A stretch of 57,883 bases of DNA from Psammoneis japonica (lineage: Eukaryota), in contig QPGO01000316.1 of NCBI GenBank assembly GCA_008632985.1, positions 1 to 57,883 of the forward strand, in the 5' to 3' direction. Shown piece by piece: positions 13,733-25,600 of the stretch. Positions within the stretch are counted from its first letter, which is position 1. Every line of letters begins with the position of its first letter. The translations under genes were made by a program, and so were the position numbers. Under the pieces are notes generated by a model, which saw only the letters and a list, made by a program, of their open reading frames with translations, had not been told where the DNA came from and made no database searches.

Positions 13733-14103
13733 TGTTCATGCAACCACTCTGACGATAGAGACCGCCATTGGCTTTTGGGATCAGAAAAAAGGTGGCCGAA
13801 AAATGAGAGAAGGCGCGCCTCGAAATTCAAATTCGTCATCTAAATAGATATATACAAAAGTGATTACTGTTTGAAATATGAAGGCTATTATTTGATTCAT
13901 ATGTGTATATACTATATTACAGAATAGCCGTTGACACAAGTGTCAACTGCCCTTTGGCAACTTCGCGACTGTGCGCGTCGCGCGTAACCCCGCGCGAAAA
14001 AGTGCGCGAGCTTTCTCTTCCGACGGTTGAGCGGATTTCGCCGTTTCCCGCCAGCCCGCCGCAGTTCTCGCAGTGGCTCGTCAGAACGAACCGACCATGA
14101 CCT

Positions 14104-17100
14104 ATGAAAAGGCGGCGCTCACGCCTTGACGAATCTTCTTCTCTTTTACCTCTGTATGATAGCAGTAAGCGAAGGAGGCCTACTAGAATGTCGTCATCAT
14201 CTCCGGCAACGAAAAGGAGCTCCACTCGAAAAGTTCTTCAGGGAGTCGGAAGACCCCTTCGACGAGTGAGTCGCGGATTGTTTAGCAGCAACAAACGATC
14301 GCGATCCGTCGCTAGCCCACCTAGAAGTTATGGGAGCATATTAGAGCAAGACGGAAACAGCCCCATGATGACGGATGGAAACTGTAGCGGTGTCTTTTCG
14401 GAAGCAGACATGGGCGGATCTGTGCTTACAGTCACGCAGCGTCCGTCTGCTCGTGAACATGATCAAGATATGGTGGTTCGTGCGTTGGAATACGTCTTGC
14501 TGAGACTCTTGCTACTCATGGGCGCGTTCTGTTTGGGCGCTTCTTATCATGAATGGAAAAGCCTTGTACTGACAGGCATGGGTTATGTCTCAGTGGCCTG
14601 GGCTACTTGCCTGGTGATTATTCTGGCTCCCAGAATCAAAGAAATCTTTTCAGAGCAACCCGTTATGGACGAACGACAAGAGGAAGTTGTTCCGTTACTT
14701 GCTGAAGATTCCGTCTTGAATGAGCCTCGGCAGATAGTACCCCTTCAAGACGCTGTCGAAACGAGCAAACACAAGAAAGAAGCGTCGCAACAACACGCTG
14801 AGCTGGAGAATCTCTATGTGATGAATACAGCCACGGGAGATCGAGTGGTCCCCAATCGTCCGAGTCAACCCTGTCGCATCGAGAACGATTTGTTTGAAGG
14901 GCAAATGGTCCTCATGTTTCGAACGTCTGACGCAGAGGATCCCTCCAATCCAACTGGAACTCCTGAAAACACAGTCTGCGCCAATTACTTTTCGTCCAAG
15001 CAACGCCGTTTTGAATTTCAGTACCAGCTCAAACTCAAAAAGGTCCCGAAGGCAATGTCTTTTTTCATGCGAGGTTGAAGAGCCTGTAAACATGGGAATG
15101 ATTCAACGGGCCTTTGTTGGTGCCTCCATGTCGTTTGTTAAGAAAATGAACAATGGCTTCAACTACAATCTCAATGCGGACGGAAAAGGAGAAAAGCCGT
15201 ACATTGCCTTTACGATTGAAGCAAGCATGGATCGACTGGTTGTCACAAAGCCCGGTCAAGCCCCGCCCAAGCTAGGTCAAGAAGTAGCAGAGGCACCAGA
15301 GTCCATCAAGCAGAGAAAGAAGGGAAATTTCAAGGTGGATTGGAATACAGAGGACACTTACACGTTCTGTGTGTGGAGTGCGTACTGCGACTTTCTCGAG
15401 TACAAGGTGATGCTTCCAGGAGTGCGTCCCTTTTTCCTATCAAGTGTGACGGGTGACCAGCACATCAATTTCAAGCTCTACACCATTCCTTCCTCCAAGA
15501 AATCAGATAAGCACTCTCGAAGCGATATGCAGACCTATGTCGACGTTGAGTTTTCAAACACAAACTGTACCGTGATGGGACCCTGCGCTGCCGCATGGGT
15601 AAAGAACCAAAAGAAGCTTGCTAATCACGAAGCATCACTTGAAGGCATTCCCGAAGAACCTCTAACTCTCCAGAAGTCCTTCTCACAAGACGACGAAGAG
15701 GAGGATGAAGAAGAGGACTTTGTCGAGGAAGATTATCAGGATTGGGAAACTGCAGCGGAGCTGGGCGAGGGAATGTATCTTCGAAGTGGTGATAGCGTAG
15801 TTCTCAAAGAGTTTACAGGAGATGATGGTGGTTCTGGCTATCTCACCATGGCGGGTGGGTTTGCTGTGATTCAGCAGAATCAGGCGTCGTCAATCATTGT
15901 GATTGAAAAGGCGAGGCGTTCTCGTGCGAGGTCCAAGCTAATCAAGAGCGGTGATTCAGTCATGTTCAAGCTCGTTACTAAGGGAAGGAATGAAAATCAC
16001 ACCGAAACGAAGTACTTGACTGTTCATCGGGGTTGGTGGCTCAAATGGGTTGCGTTGGCCCCTACAAAGAACGGATACTTTACGATTTATACTCACGAGA
16101 ACGAGTACGACCCGCAGGGCGGAGCGCCCCAGCTGTCAACGGAAACTCAGACTTCTTATCTGACTTTGAATGGCACGTTCTGGCTACGCCACAGACGTTG
16201 GTCGAAGTATCAGGTCGGCATTAGCGCAGAGGAGTCTCCCACCTACGGTGGCCGAGTCCTTGGGCTTCTCCGCCAAGGCTCTTCCAGTGTTGACGAGCAA
16301 AACATGCCTAATCCCGAGGACGACGACGATTTGGACGCACAAGAAGATCACGTGGACGGAAAGGCAAAATCAAGTTGGTTGAAGCCTCTTTATTTGGTTT
16401 CGCAGGAAGCTACATCTGCAAACTTGAACGCTTCTTTGATCCCGAAGCCAACCATGTCGCCTCGCTTAAGTTCGGCCACCGTTGAAGCGCCCACCAAGAC
16501 AACCTTTATTGAAAGCATCGATGTTCCAGCTTGGGTAGAGGTAAGTCACACGTGATGCCTGTTATTTTGATTGTCGCTTTCTCTAAACACCGCATTTTCA
16601 ATTACCTCCATATCTTCCCGTGATAGATGATGCATCGAACAGATCGTCGGCCCAAGTAAGTTCTCCCGTGGTTGGTTCCTGCATATTCCGTGTTGTCTAT
16701 CCTTAGCTTATGATTTTCCTATCTTATCCCCTACTCTGTGCATTTTAGGCTCGGCTACGTGGTTCGTGTGGTTGAGGAGCGAAAGATGGAGAGCGATGAA
16801 GACGAAGGTGAATCAGCAGTTCGGTGCCATTTACGGACGGGAAGAAACATTGCGGATGTAATTCGCTTAGTTCAGTCGAAAGATGTTACTAAATCACAAA
16901 GCGCGAGCTGGACGATCCAAAGGAATCCCGAACTAATAATTACAATCGAAGGTAAGTGCGACGCTGTATGGTTAAGGCAGAGGTGTTTCTCACGGAGAAC
17001 TAAAATCGATCTGATCGTCTTGCCGTTTCAGTCGGTCGGGGTCGAGCGGCGATTTCGATGGGGTGATAGCGAGTGACGTGACAACGGGAAAAGACAAGGA

Positions 17101-20095
17101 TTCGAATAAGTTAGAGATGGGAAGGTATGAATAGAGTTCTTGAGATGATGGTTCCGATTCTTTGCTCACTCTGTGAACGTTTATGCATGGCTGACAGCAG
17201 CGAGAATGATTATGAAGAAGTTATGGCGAATCAATCCGAAAGCTCTATCCCTGGCGATTTCGAAGTTCCGTTATTGCCGGACCAGTCCGCTGAGTATTCG
17301 TTGGAGGGCCGGCACTCTCCGGACAGATCTGTCGTGAATAGAGACGGGACTTCTGATGTTGAAGATCCGGACGATCCACTTGACTTGGAGGGTGAGTCTG
17401 TCGGAAGCGGGGAATTGTTGACTGCGGACGAATTCGATGTTGACGAGGGACTCGATTCGACTGAGTACCAAGCTCTGGCAGCAGCGGGGTTTGAAGACGC
17501 AACAGATCACTCCAAGAAGAAGCGAAAGATAATGGGCAAGATTGCGAAGTCCATGAAGGTTGGCACGAGCGCAACCGGGAAACAGGTTGTCAAACAGAGC
17601 AAGAAAGTCGGCAAAGGCACCTTCACGGCAGGAAGAGTCATGATCTCGCCGATAAATCGAGGCGCTGTTCGGCACAAGAAGCCTCCTCGCGGAGAGCCAA
17701 AATCAAAGTCAACTAAGACTAATCGAAGGAGAAAAGCGAGAGAAAGTCACGTGGCAGTCCGAAAGGCGGTGAAATCGGCTGGTCGAAAGGGTAACCGCGA
17801 ATGGTTGGTACAGACACCAAGTGTGTAAGTCAAAACGGTATACGATGACTACCTTTGCTTCTTCGTTTCTCATCTATTTTTTTTTTTTGTCGTGATGTAG
17901 ATTGGCTGGGCAGCTCTGTGCACCGGACCAGTCGTGTAGAACCGCATCGCATGTACTATCGAGGATTACAAGCTTGACTCTGTCGTCTGATTCGACCGAC
18001 AAGTCTAGTAAGATACTGACAAAGCAGTTGACTGTGAAATCAGACCTGGACCGATGGTTTTTGCAGGGTGGGGCAATCGAAGTAAGTGTTTAACAGTATT
18101 ATCTTACCATGTGAAGAGTTGAGAACTATGTTTCTCAAAGTCGACACCTTCCTCTGCATTAAGTTGGGTGTTGTCCCGCCCAAGGACATGAATGATCTGG
18201 TCCATGAGTCCTTAGTCGCCAGGTGCCTCTGGGAGAGTCACTGGCGGGAGGAATGGTGTGGAATCTATTCGACCCGCATCATGTTTTTTGCGCCGTTGGC
18301 GAAAAAAGCAGCACGCGATCTGTGTAAGTACCGCCAACCCCCTTCTGTCTGGTTGTACATACATGAGAAGTCTGCCCTTACGTTTCGTTTTTCTGACACC
18401 CAGCTTTCATTGATGTGGAGTCTGTTCGTCGAATTGACCCTGTTGATGGACGAAGTCCTTTGCCGGGCTTTCCGATGCTGGCTATTGAAACGGCGTGGCG
18501 CTGTTATTATGTTGCCTTCTCGGGAGAAGAAACGCGAGATATCTTCTGGAAGAAGCTGACCGAAGCTATATTCATGCATTCTCATGGAGAGGGTATGTTC
18601 AGTATTCCGCGTTTGACCTTGCTGTAAATCGATTTGTGTGTTCCAACTAACCCATTTTTGGTCTCTCATCAATCGTCTTGAAGGGCAAGGCAGATCCAAG
18701 GGAGCTCCACAAGAGAAGGATCTCTGGAAAGCTCGCTTCTGGCAAGGCTTCCAGAGCTCTGTTGAATCATCTATGTCTGGTGGCATGGGGAAATGGGCAA
18801 AGATCAATTCCTCATCAAAGATGGTGAATCGGGTGATTCTAAATAGTCGTCGTATGGTATTTGACATTGAACCTTTGGCCAGCACTGGCAACACTGAAGG
18901 TTGTGACATGGAAACAATCGGAGCATTTTCTCAAGAACTCCTGGCCAAATCTCTCAAGTTCTCATTCGAGAGCATGGAGGAAGATCCCGACTCGTTTGTG
19001 CGATTTCTCGATTTCGCCTCCAAGCTTCGCTCGATGCCGTTGGACATTATTGACCACTCAAGCCGCGCAGGCTTCTGCATCTTTGCTAATATCTACCATT
19101 GTCTGTTACAGCACGCCCTTTTGCTCTCGGTAAATGGCCCTTGCACAAAAGTAAGTCCCTGCAACTTTGCATTTGTTCTTGTTCCGAGCCATCTGCCTCA
19201 TCGTTGTGCATTTTTCGTTTTGTCGTTAGCGGTCGGTCGGGCATTTCATGCGCACGTCTTGCTATGAGATTGGAGGCGACGTCTTTTCACTTGCAGAATT
19301 GCACTGCTGCGTACTTCGAGGTAAAATGTCTCGAGCAGTTTCGCCAAAGCCACCTTACGGTAAGTTCCCAAGTCATTTCTTGGACGGTTGAGTACTCGGT
19401 GTGGATTGTTACTCATGCAATTGCTATTGTGATAGTGGAAGCTCCCAGGAAATCGAATTCCTACCGGTTTTACGCCCTTGATTTCTCTGATCCCAGGATC
19501 AACTTTCTGCTGAAAACTCCGGATTGCTCGTGTCCAAAGGTATGTGCAGGTGTATCCGAGTCCTGCTGTTTCAAGCTCGATCGCCACTATTGCTTACGCT
19601 GGAGTTGTTCTTGGTCTCCTTTTCAGGAGGTACCCGTGTTGACACCTGAAAGTCTTGAAGAGGATATGAAGGCCTCGGCTTTCACCTATGTTCAAAGTCA
19701 AATGTCTATTGATGCGCAAAAGAAGCAAATTCTTTTGCCCAAAATTTGCGATGTTTACCGCCACGACTTTGGGAATGGGGAAGCCAAGCACTCTCTCTTG
19801 TATTGCCTGAAATACTTGACGGAAGGGGAACGTGAAGTGGCTATGAAAATGCTAGGGGACGACCACGTCTTGATGATCAAGGTAAGACGCGGAGACTCTA
19901 ATGTATGTACTCTTGATCTGTATCCTGGATTCACGATGCTCACGTGATTTTCCCCGTTGATTTCAGTTTCAACCATCGTGCGACAAATTTCACATGTTTC
20001 TTACCCGACGACAAAGTAGCGAAAAGGGCGATACTTCCGTTAGCATTTCAGACATAGAAAAGTCTACACACAAGTCAGAGACCGAGAAGGCTTGA
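14104..20095 (+). CDS. Large multi-exon protein: N-terminal TM segments, DUF1769-like domain, C-terminal DUF547-like domain
   Basis: ENDLFEGQMVLMFR...YFSSKQRRFEFQYQLKLKKVP (DUF1769-like); IFANIYHCLLQHALL...DPRINFLL...LPKICDVYRHDFG (DUF547-like). Many GT..AG introns (e.g. from 16541, 19151, 19882); last exon ends at TGA 20095. Domain names are from recalled motifs. Confidence 0.7.
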
Positions 20096-20190
20096 ATTCA
20101 TTTATTGAGAAGATGAACGAATTGGGTACTGCAGTTTTGGTAGTGTAGTCACCCCGACTTAACTTAGAACTTAGACTTGCTGATGCGGCA

Positions 20191-21003
20191 TTACTTCTTC
20201 TTACGCTTTCGCTCATCATCTTCCACTGACGGAGGATCCAGCTTGTCAATGTAGCGAATCAAATACAGGGACAGAGCGAGACTGCAGAAATGACTCAGCA
20301 GCGTGTTGGTGTTTGCCTGAACCACGAGAATATCCAGAGGCTGGAGTGTCTGTGTCGCCACACCACCAGTTCCTGGCCCACCCGCAATCACACCCTGCAT
20401 GGTTAAAACCTTGATGGCCAAGGTTCCAATAATTTGTTCCGCACCAAGAACGGTAAGTAACATTCCAATCAAATTGAGCGACACGGCAACCTTGACGGCT
20501 CGACGAAGCATGTTGGCTGCCGCAATTCGAGTCGTTTGACTCGTCGAGCGACCCAGCCTTCGCCCCAACCGAGCGCCTCCCCATGTCCATACAATGCTCA
20601 GAAAGGACGTCACTAAACCACATCCAGCCAAAAAGAATCCATCAAACTTGGTAATTTGTTCTGCCGACTTTTTCAAAACGCTCCGTGCAAACAAGAGCGT
20701 GACGGAACTGACCGTGGTCAGAATCACCTGAGACCACCACGATAACCAAGACGTGCGAAGTATCGTACGAGATGTATCTTGAACCAAGGAATCACCAGGA
20801 AAAAAGGGAGGAGTCTCATCGTCGTCTCTACTACTCGACACTACCAACACGGGACTTTTTCGAAAAACAGAAGGCGATGATTGAACCGACAACAATGGGC
20901 TGACAATTGGGGGCACTTGAAAAGCATTTATGCTGCTAATGTAAAGAAACAGGGCGAACAGCAGGGAGCATTTCAATCGACATGACCGCGAAAGTGACGA
21001 CAT
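20191..21003 (-). CDS. Plastid envelope Tic21/PIC1-like (DUF3611) protein
   Basis: Signal peptide with an INA-F cleavage motif (diatom ASAF-like), then WLSWWSQVILTTVSSVTLLF and QPLDILVVQANTNTLLSHF, typical of DUF3611/Tic21. Confidence 0.8.
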   Translation of the reverse strand: MSSLSRSCRLKCSLLFALFLYISSINAFQVPPIVSPLLSVQSSPSVFRKSPVLVVSSSRDDDETPPFFPGDSLVQDTSRTILRTSWLSWWSQVILTTVSSVTLLFARSVLKKSAEQITKFDGFFLAGCGLVTSFLSIVWTWGGARLGRRLGRSTSQTTRIAAANMLRRAVKVAVSLNLIGMLLTVLGAEQIIGTLAIKVLTMQGVIAGGPGTGGVATQTLQPLDILVVQANTNTLLSHFCSLALSLYLIRYIDKLDPPSVEDDERKRKKK

Positions 21004-21826
21004 GATATTGTTTACAAGTAAGTTGAGCTAACACAAACAGTTGACACGCCGCAACCTTTTTGCATGCTTTTCTCGATTATTCTCGGCGACGCTCGGCAAC
21101 CGACGACGTCGTGCATGGTTGATCTTTGTCGGTTCGGTATCTTTTCAACATTCATATCTTTCACGTAGAAATCTACAAGTATGACGTCATCATGTCTCAG
21201 ATGGCCGCGCCGCCCGCCCCGCACGCACGCACCAGGCGAGTAAAAAGTAAACCAGGCCTGCGGGGAGCATTGACCACTTGTCTTTCTTTGTGGGTGTGGG
21301 AGTGTGCATGCCGTTGCATGCTACATTGCCTGTACGTACGTACGGTAGGGCCCTACCGCCGGGGCCGGTATTGTATGTGGCGGCTGAGTGGCGTGGCCAC
21401 CGCACCAGTGACGCGGATGACCGTTATATCTGATGTCTCATGCCATTTTTGGGGCTGTAGCGAGGTGCACGGACACTCTTTTTTTTCCAATTTATCGCCA
21501 TAATAGCGCATCGCACAAACTCACTTATTGTTCGATATGTTTTCCCCAATATGACTTTTTCGTGTAGAATTCACGATAAATTATCTTTGTATATAACTGA
21601 ATACATTTTTGAACATGCCACGCCGGCAATCCCAATTTTTTCAGAACTTTCGAGCTCTCCTGAAAAACCGTGCCACGTGCCCGTCGTAGGGAATTTATCG
21701 ATTTTTTAGGATGTCCCCACGACCTCTCATGTCCTCAATGATCATTCTACGAATCCGAAGAGTTCATCTGTGCTAAACAACCCATGCCCTTTCAAAATCC
21801 GAGGGACACACTTTCAAATTCAGACG

Positions 21827-21879
21827 GACTGCCCGACTGCCCGACCCCCCGACCCCCAGACTGCCCGACTGCCGGACCG
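21827..21879 (+). repeat. Short 8-bp tandem repeat (GACTGCCC/GACCCCC units)
   Basis: gactgcccgactgcccgaccccccgacccccagactgcccgactgccggaccg. Confidence 0.75.
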
Positions 21880-22274
21880 ACACGAAACTGCAATCACCAA
21901 CCACTGAGTGGTCAATGAAAAGACGGACAAGCCATGTGCAGGGGTCATGAGTCCCGAAAAACAGGGTTTGGGCCGATTCCTGGTGCAAAACTCACGCAGA
22001 AAATTCGCGCAAAATGTCTTGTTTGTCGTGCTTTTCCCGTGCTTTGCAAAAAACAGGCCACGACCTCAATGAATCGGTTGACACTTTTCGCTCTTGCTTT
22101 TTTATGACAAACACGACGATGTCCACCATTCGGCAAAATTCCAACATTGGAAAATGTTTGCCATGGTGGGACCGCAGGGAAGCATTTGATCAAATTTCTG
22201 AAAATGGAATTTTGAAGTGTTTGCGCACAGAATCGTGCCACTCATGTAAAAGTCATCATGCAAAGTGTCAATGG

Positions 22275-22321
22275 TCTTAGTGGATCGTGTCATTCCTGCT
22301 TGGATGCAGGAATCTCCATCA
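22275..22321 (+). repeat. 5' LTR (47 bp)
   Basis: tcttagtggatcgtgtcattcctgcttggatgcaggaatctccatca; 41/47 identical to 30129-30175. Confidence 0.9.
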
Positions 22322-22331
22322 GGTCATGAGC
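22322..22331 (+). promoter_or_regulatory. Primer-binding site (copia-type GGTTATG.. motif, here GGTCATGAGC)
   Basis: Directly follows the LTR-terminal CA. It differs from the copia GGTTATG consensus by a TA->CA change. Confidence 0.7.
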
Positions 22332-22630
22332 AATGCTCACACAGACGTGCAAGCAAGGCTCCTCTGCCACTGCCGACAACACATTTTCCTCTCATTTCAT
22401 TGTTGACGAAACCGGCAGAAAGCGTTTCCATCGCAAACTTTGCCGCTCTGTTGACGACAACGACGTCTGCGCATCGGATGCTGATTCACGCCACTGCTGT
22501 TTGTTTTTGCGGCTGCTTGCGTGGGTGTCAGCACACCTTCTGCGCACACCGCGATCTCCCTGGGCACATGCCACCGAGAACCGATGCATGCTGCCCCTGC
22601 GTGGTGGAATGACACTGATTTTTATTTTCA

Positions 22631-25600
22631 TTGTCGCTCACCATGGCCCCTGCTGACAGCACCCGTTCGAAAACGGCACCCTCTTGGCGGGACACTCTGT
22701 CGTCACTCCAGGCCGCTGTGTCACCCATGTCAGCCGACGACTCTCCTGTCTCTCCTCCTCCGGCGGAGACTGACCACACTTCTGCTGTTGACGCAATGAC
22801 AGAGGATGCTTCAGTGCCTCACGATGCGCCCACGGTGGAGGACGCAATCAAGGCAGAAGCCACCATTGCGGCGAATGTCACTGCTCCGGAAGCTGATGCG
22901 AGCCCTGAACACATGGAAACTCCTGCCTCTCTCTCGGACCAGCTGCTGCTGCCAGTGCTCCCAACCCTGCCTCCACGCTTGCCACCCACCCTGCCTCCTG
23001 AGTGGCCTCACACGCCTCCAGGCAATCCCCCGCAGCCTGAGGAACCTCCCGATCCCCCACACTTTCCTCCGACATCGTCTCAGGCTCTTCTCCAAAGGTG
23101 TGAGAGCCATCTCAACTCGGCTGTTGCCCGCATCCACAAACGCAAATGGGCACTGGATGTCTCTTCGGAAGAAGTTTCCAGGCTCAAGCGGGAGCTGCGC
23201 GACATCCGTTCAGTCACGAACAATCACGCCTCGGCCATTGCGGACCTCAAACATGCTCGTGATTTCGACCTCCTCCGCACCGAGGTTCAGACCCAAATGA
23301 AAGCAACTGCGGATGAAGCCATCGCTTTGGCTGGTGACGCGGCCAACAAAGCTTTGGCGACACGCGATGCCCAATTCCTGGCAGCTCTCGACAAGAAGAT
23401 TGTTCCGGTTTGCGAAGCCGCGGAAGCAACGACACTCAAACGCCTCCGCACCACATCGACGAATGCACAAAACAACATGGCATCTTTTGTGGTGGACCAA
23501 ACCAGCCGGCTGGAGTCGGCTGCTTCGGAAGCCATCCGCGCTGTGGGTGACCACGTCGGTGCCACCCGCAAAATTTCCAGGCTCGGCTTGAGCACGACAT
23601 TAAACTCCAAACAGATGACCTGGATGTCACCCTCACCAGATTGGACTCCACCAAGAATGCTGCAGAGCAGATTGTCCAAAATGGCTTCACTGTGGCCAGT
23701 GCAATGGCAGCCCTTTTGGAAGACTGTGAAAACGCCACTGCACCCTCGTCTGCAGACACCTTGTCTTCTCCAGCTGTTGGCCTCCAACATGCCACGAAGG
23801 ACCACCTGGCGGACACACTGCGAGATGACTTGGACGGCCTCCAGGCTCAACTGACCCTCCAACAGGACACCGCTCAGGTGCACGCCGGCAAGATCAAACA
23901 CGCCAATGATGCATCTGAAGCTGCTCGGCGTGCGGCAGCTGGCGTTCAGAAGGAACTGGGCAAATGTCGATCGGAGTTCTCAAATCTGACCGTGAACTTG
24001 TCACCTGCCACCCCGGATCCTGGCCCCAAGTTTACGGAACGCATTGCTTCATCATTGGACAACATCGCCAATCATCTCGTGAATTTGCCTGATCCAGCAA
24101 TCTCTCCAGCACCCCCGGCCGTTGGCACCCATCATGCTGCTGCGGGTAAATCAGCCTCCTCTTCGGAATGACACTGTGACTCCAAAACCTTCCGTGAGAC
24201 CCCAGGCCCCTTTCTCCATTCCATGGAACCAAACGACATCGCTCTGTTTCTCAAAGCTGTGCACACACAGTGCACCCAGGCCAATGTTCCCATCCGGGAT
24301 CCGGACACTCTTGCTCGCACTCAGTCCGACTTCTGTAACCCGATGTCAGTGAGCACGTCCCATCGTCAACGGCATGCAATCGAGACATGTTCCAAATTGA
24401 TGCAGGATGATGCACTTCCGGATCACCGACTGTGTGACGGTTGGAAAAAGATGTGCACCGCATCGATGGACGGTTTTGCGATCCTCAATCACCTCGCAGC
24501 TCTTGGATTTCCACCCCTGACAAGCAAAGTGGTTGATGCCCCATCCTGGAAAGGCGACCTTTGTGAGCTTGTGGCAGAATTCACCATTTGCTTCACTGCC
24601 GCGGAAGCCTTACATGCCAAGACGGATCCCACTGCACCCCTGGCCTGCTCAGAACGCCAGAAGTCTCTAAAATTGCTGGAGGCCATGCCGGCTGGCATGT
24701 GTGAACCGGTGCTCCTTCTTAAACACCATCTGAATGAGATTGGGGACTCCGCTCCCCTGCCCCATGATCTCCACCTGGTCTCTCTTGTCACACAGATTGA
24801 CCCCAGGCTCACCGCGAATGCCGACCCGATGGGATCCTTGAGTGCATTCCGCGGCCGACCATCTCGCGGCCGCCAGTCCATTTCGCCAGATCGGCAGCAC
24901 ACCCCGTTCCAGCCCCGGAAGGATCTCATTTGTGATGCATGCGTCGCATGCGGCCACAGTCATTGCAGCTGCACTAACCTGGCCCGCACTGCTTTGCTGT
25001 TGGATTTCATTGAGGTGAATTCGGAGAAAGTTAAGTCCATTGTTTCTAAATGGCAATCTCACAACCAACGCCGCAAGGACTCACCACGCCCGACTGCCCA
25101 TCCGTTTACGGCCGATGTCTCTCATGACATTGCCGACTGTGTGATGGATGAAACGGCCTCGGACCTCCTTTTTGAATCGGGCGCACCTCCAGATTTTCTG
25201 CAAGCCGGCCGCATGCTCCACCATTGTTCGGTGAACGGCTTGCCAATGGCTGCGGGGCAGATGATCGGGACGATTTGTCGTCTCTGCCTTCCGCTGACTC
25301 TCCGATCCCTCCTTCAATCTGTTGCTCATTCGCCTCCAGCATCCCATGCTTTGACCAGCTGCCGGACTGGAGTCATTCAGGCCGCCCTCCCGATCTCGCT
25401 AGCATGGATTCAGATTCTACGACATCGCACTCGATGCCAGACGATGACTCACTTTCCCTGTCGGACGAGTCGTGGGCTGCGGCGGTCGAGGATTTTGCCA
25501 AAGATCCTCAGGCTGCTCTACACTGCTTTGCCACCAAATTTGAGTCAATGGAGTCCGTCGCTCCTCCCACCATTGCGCTTTCCACGGCTCTGGCACTGGA

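Noticed and set aside
13990..14001. E2F-like CGCGCGAAAA site in the divergent promoter (similar motifs near 47616 and 57548)
   Set aside because: Too short and common to support without comparative or expression data.
15040..15080. Frameshift in the DUF1769-like domain as programmed frameshifting or pseudogenisation
   Set aside because: Adding one C and one T in homopolymers restores KVPEGNVFFSCEVEE. This is most likely assembly indel error, and the shifts near 12.5 kb and 56.8 kb probably are too.
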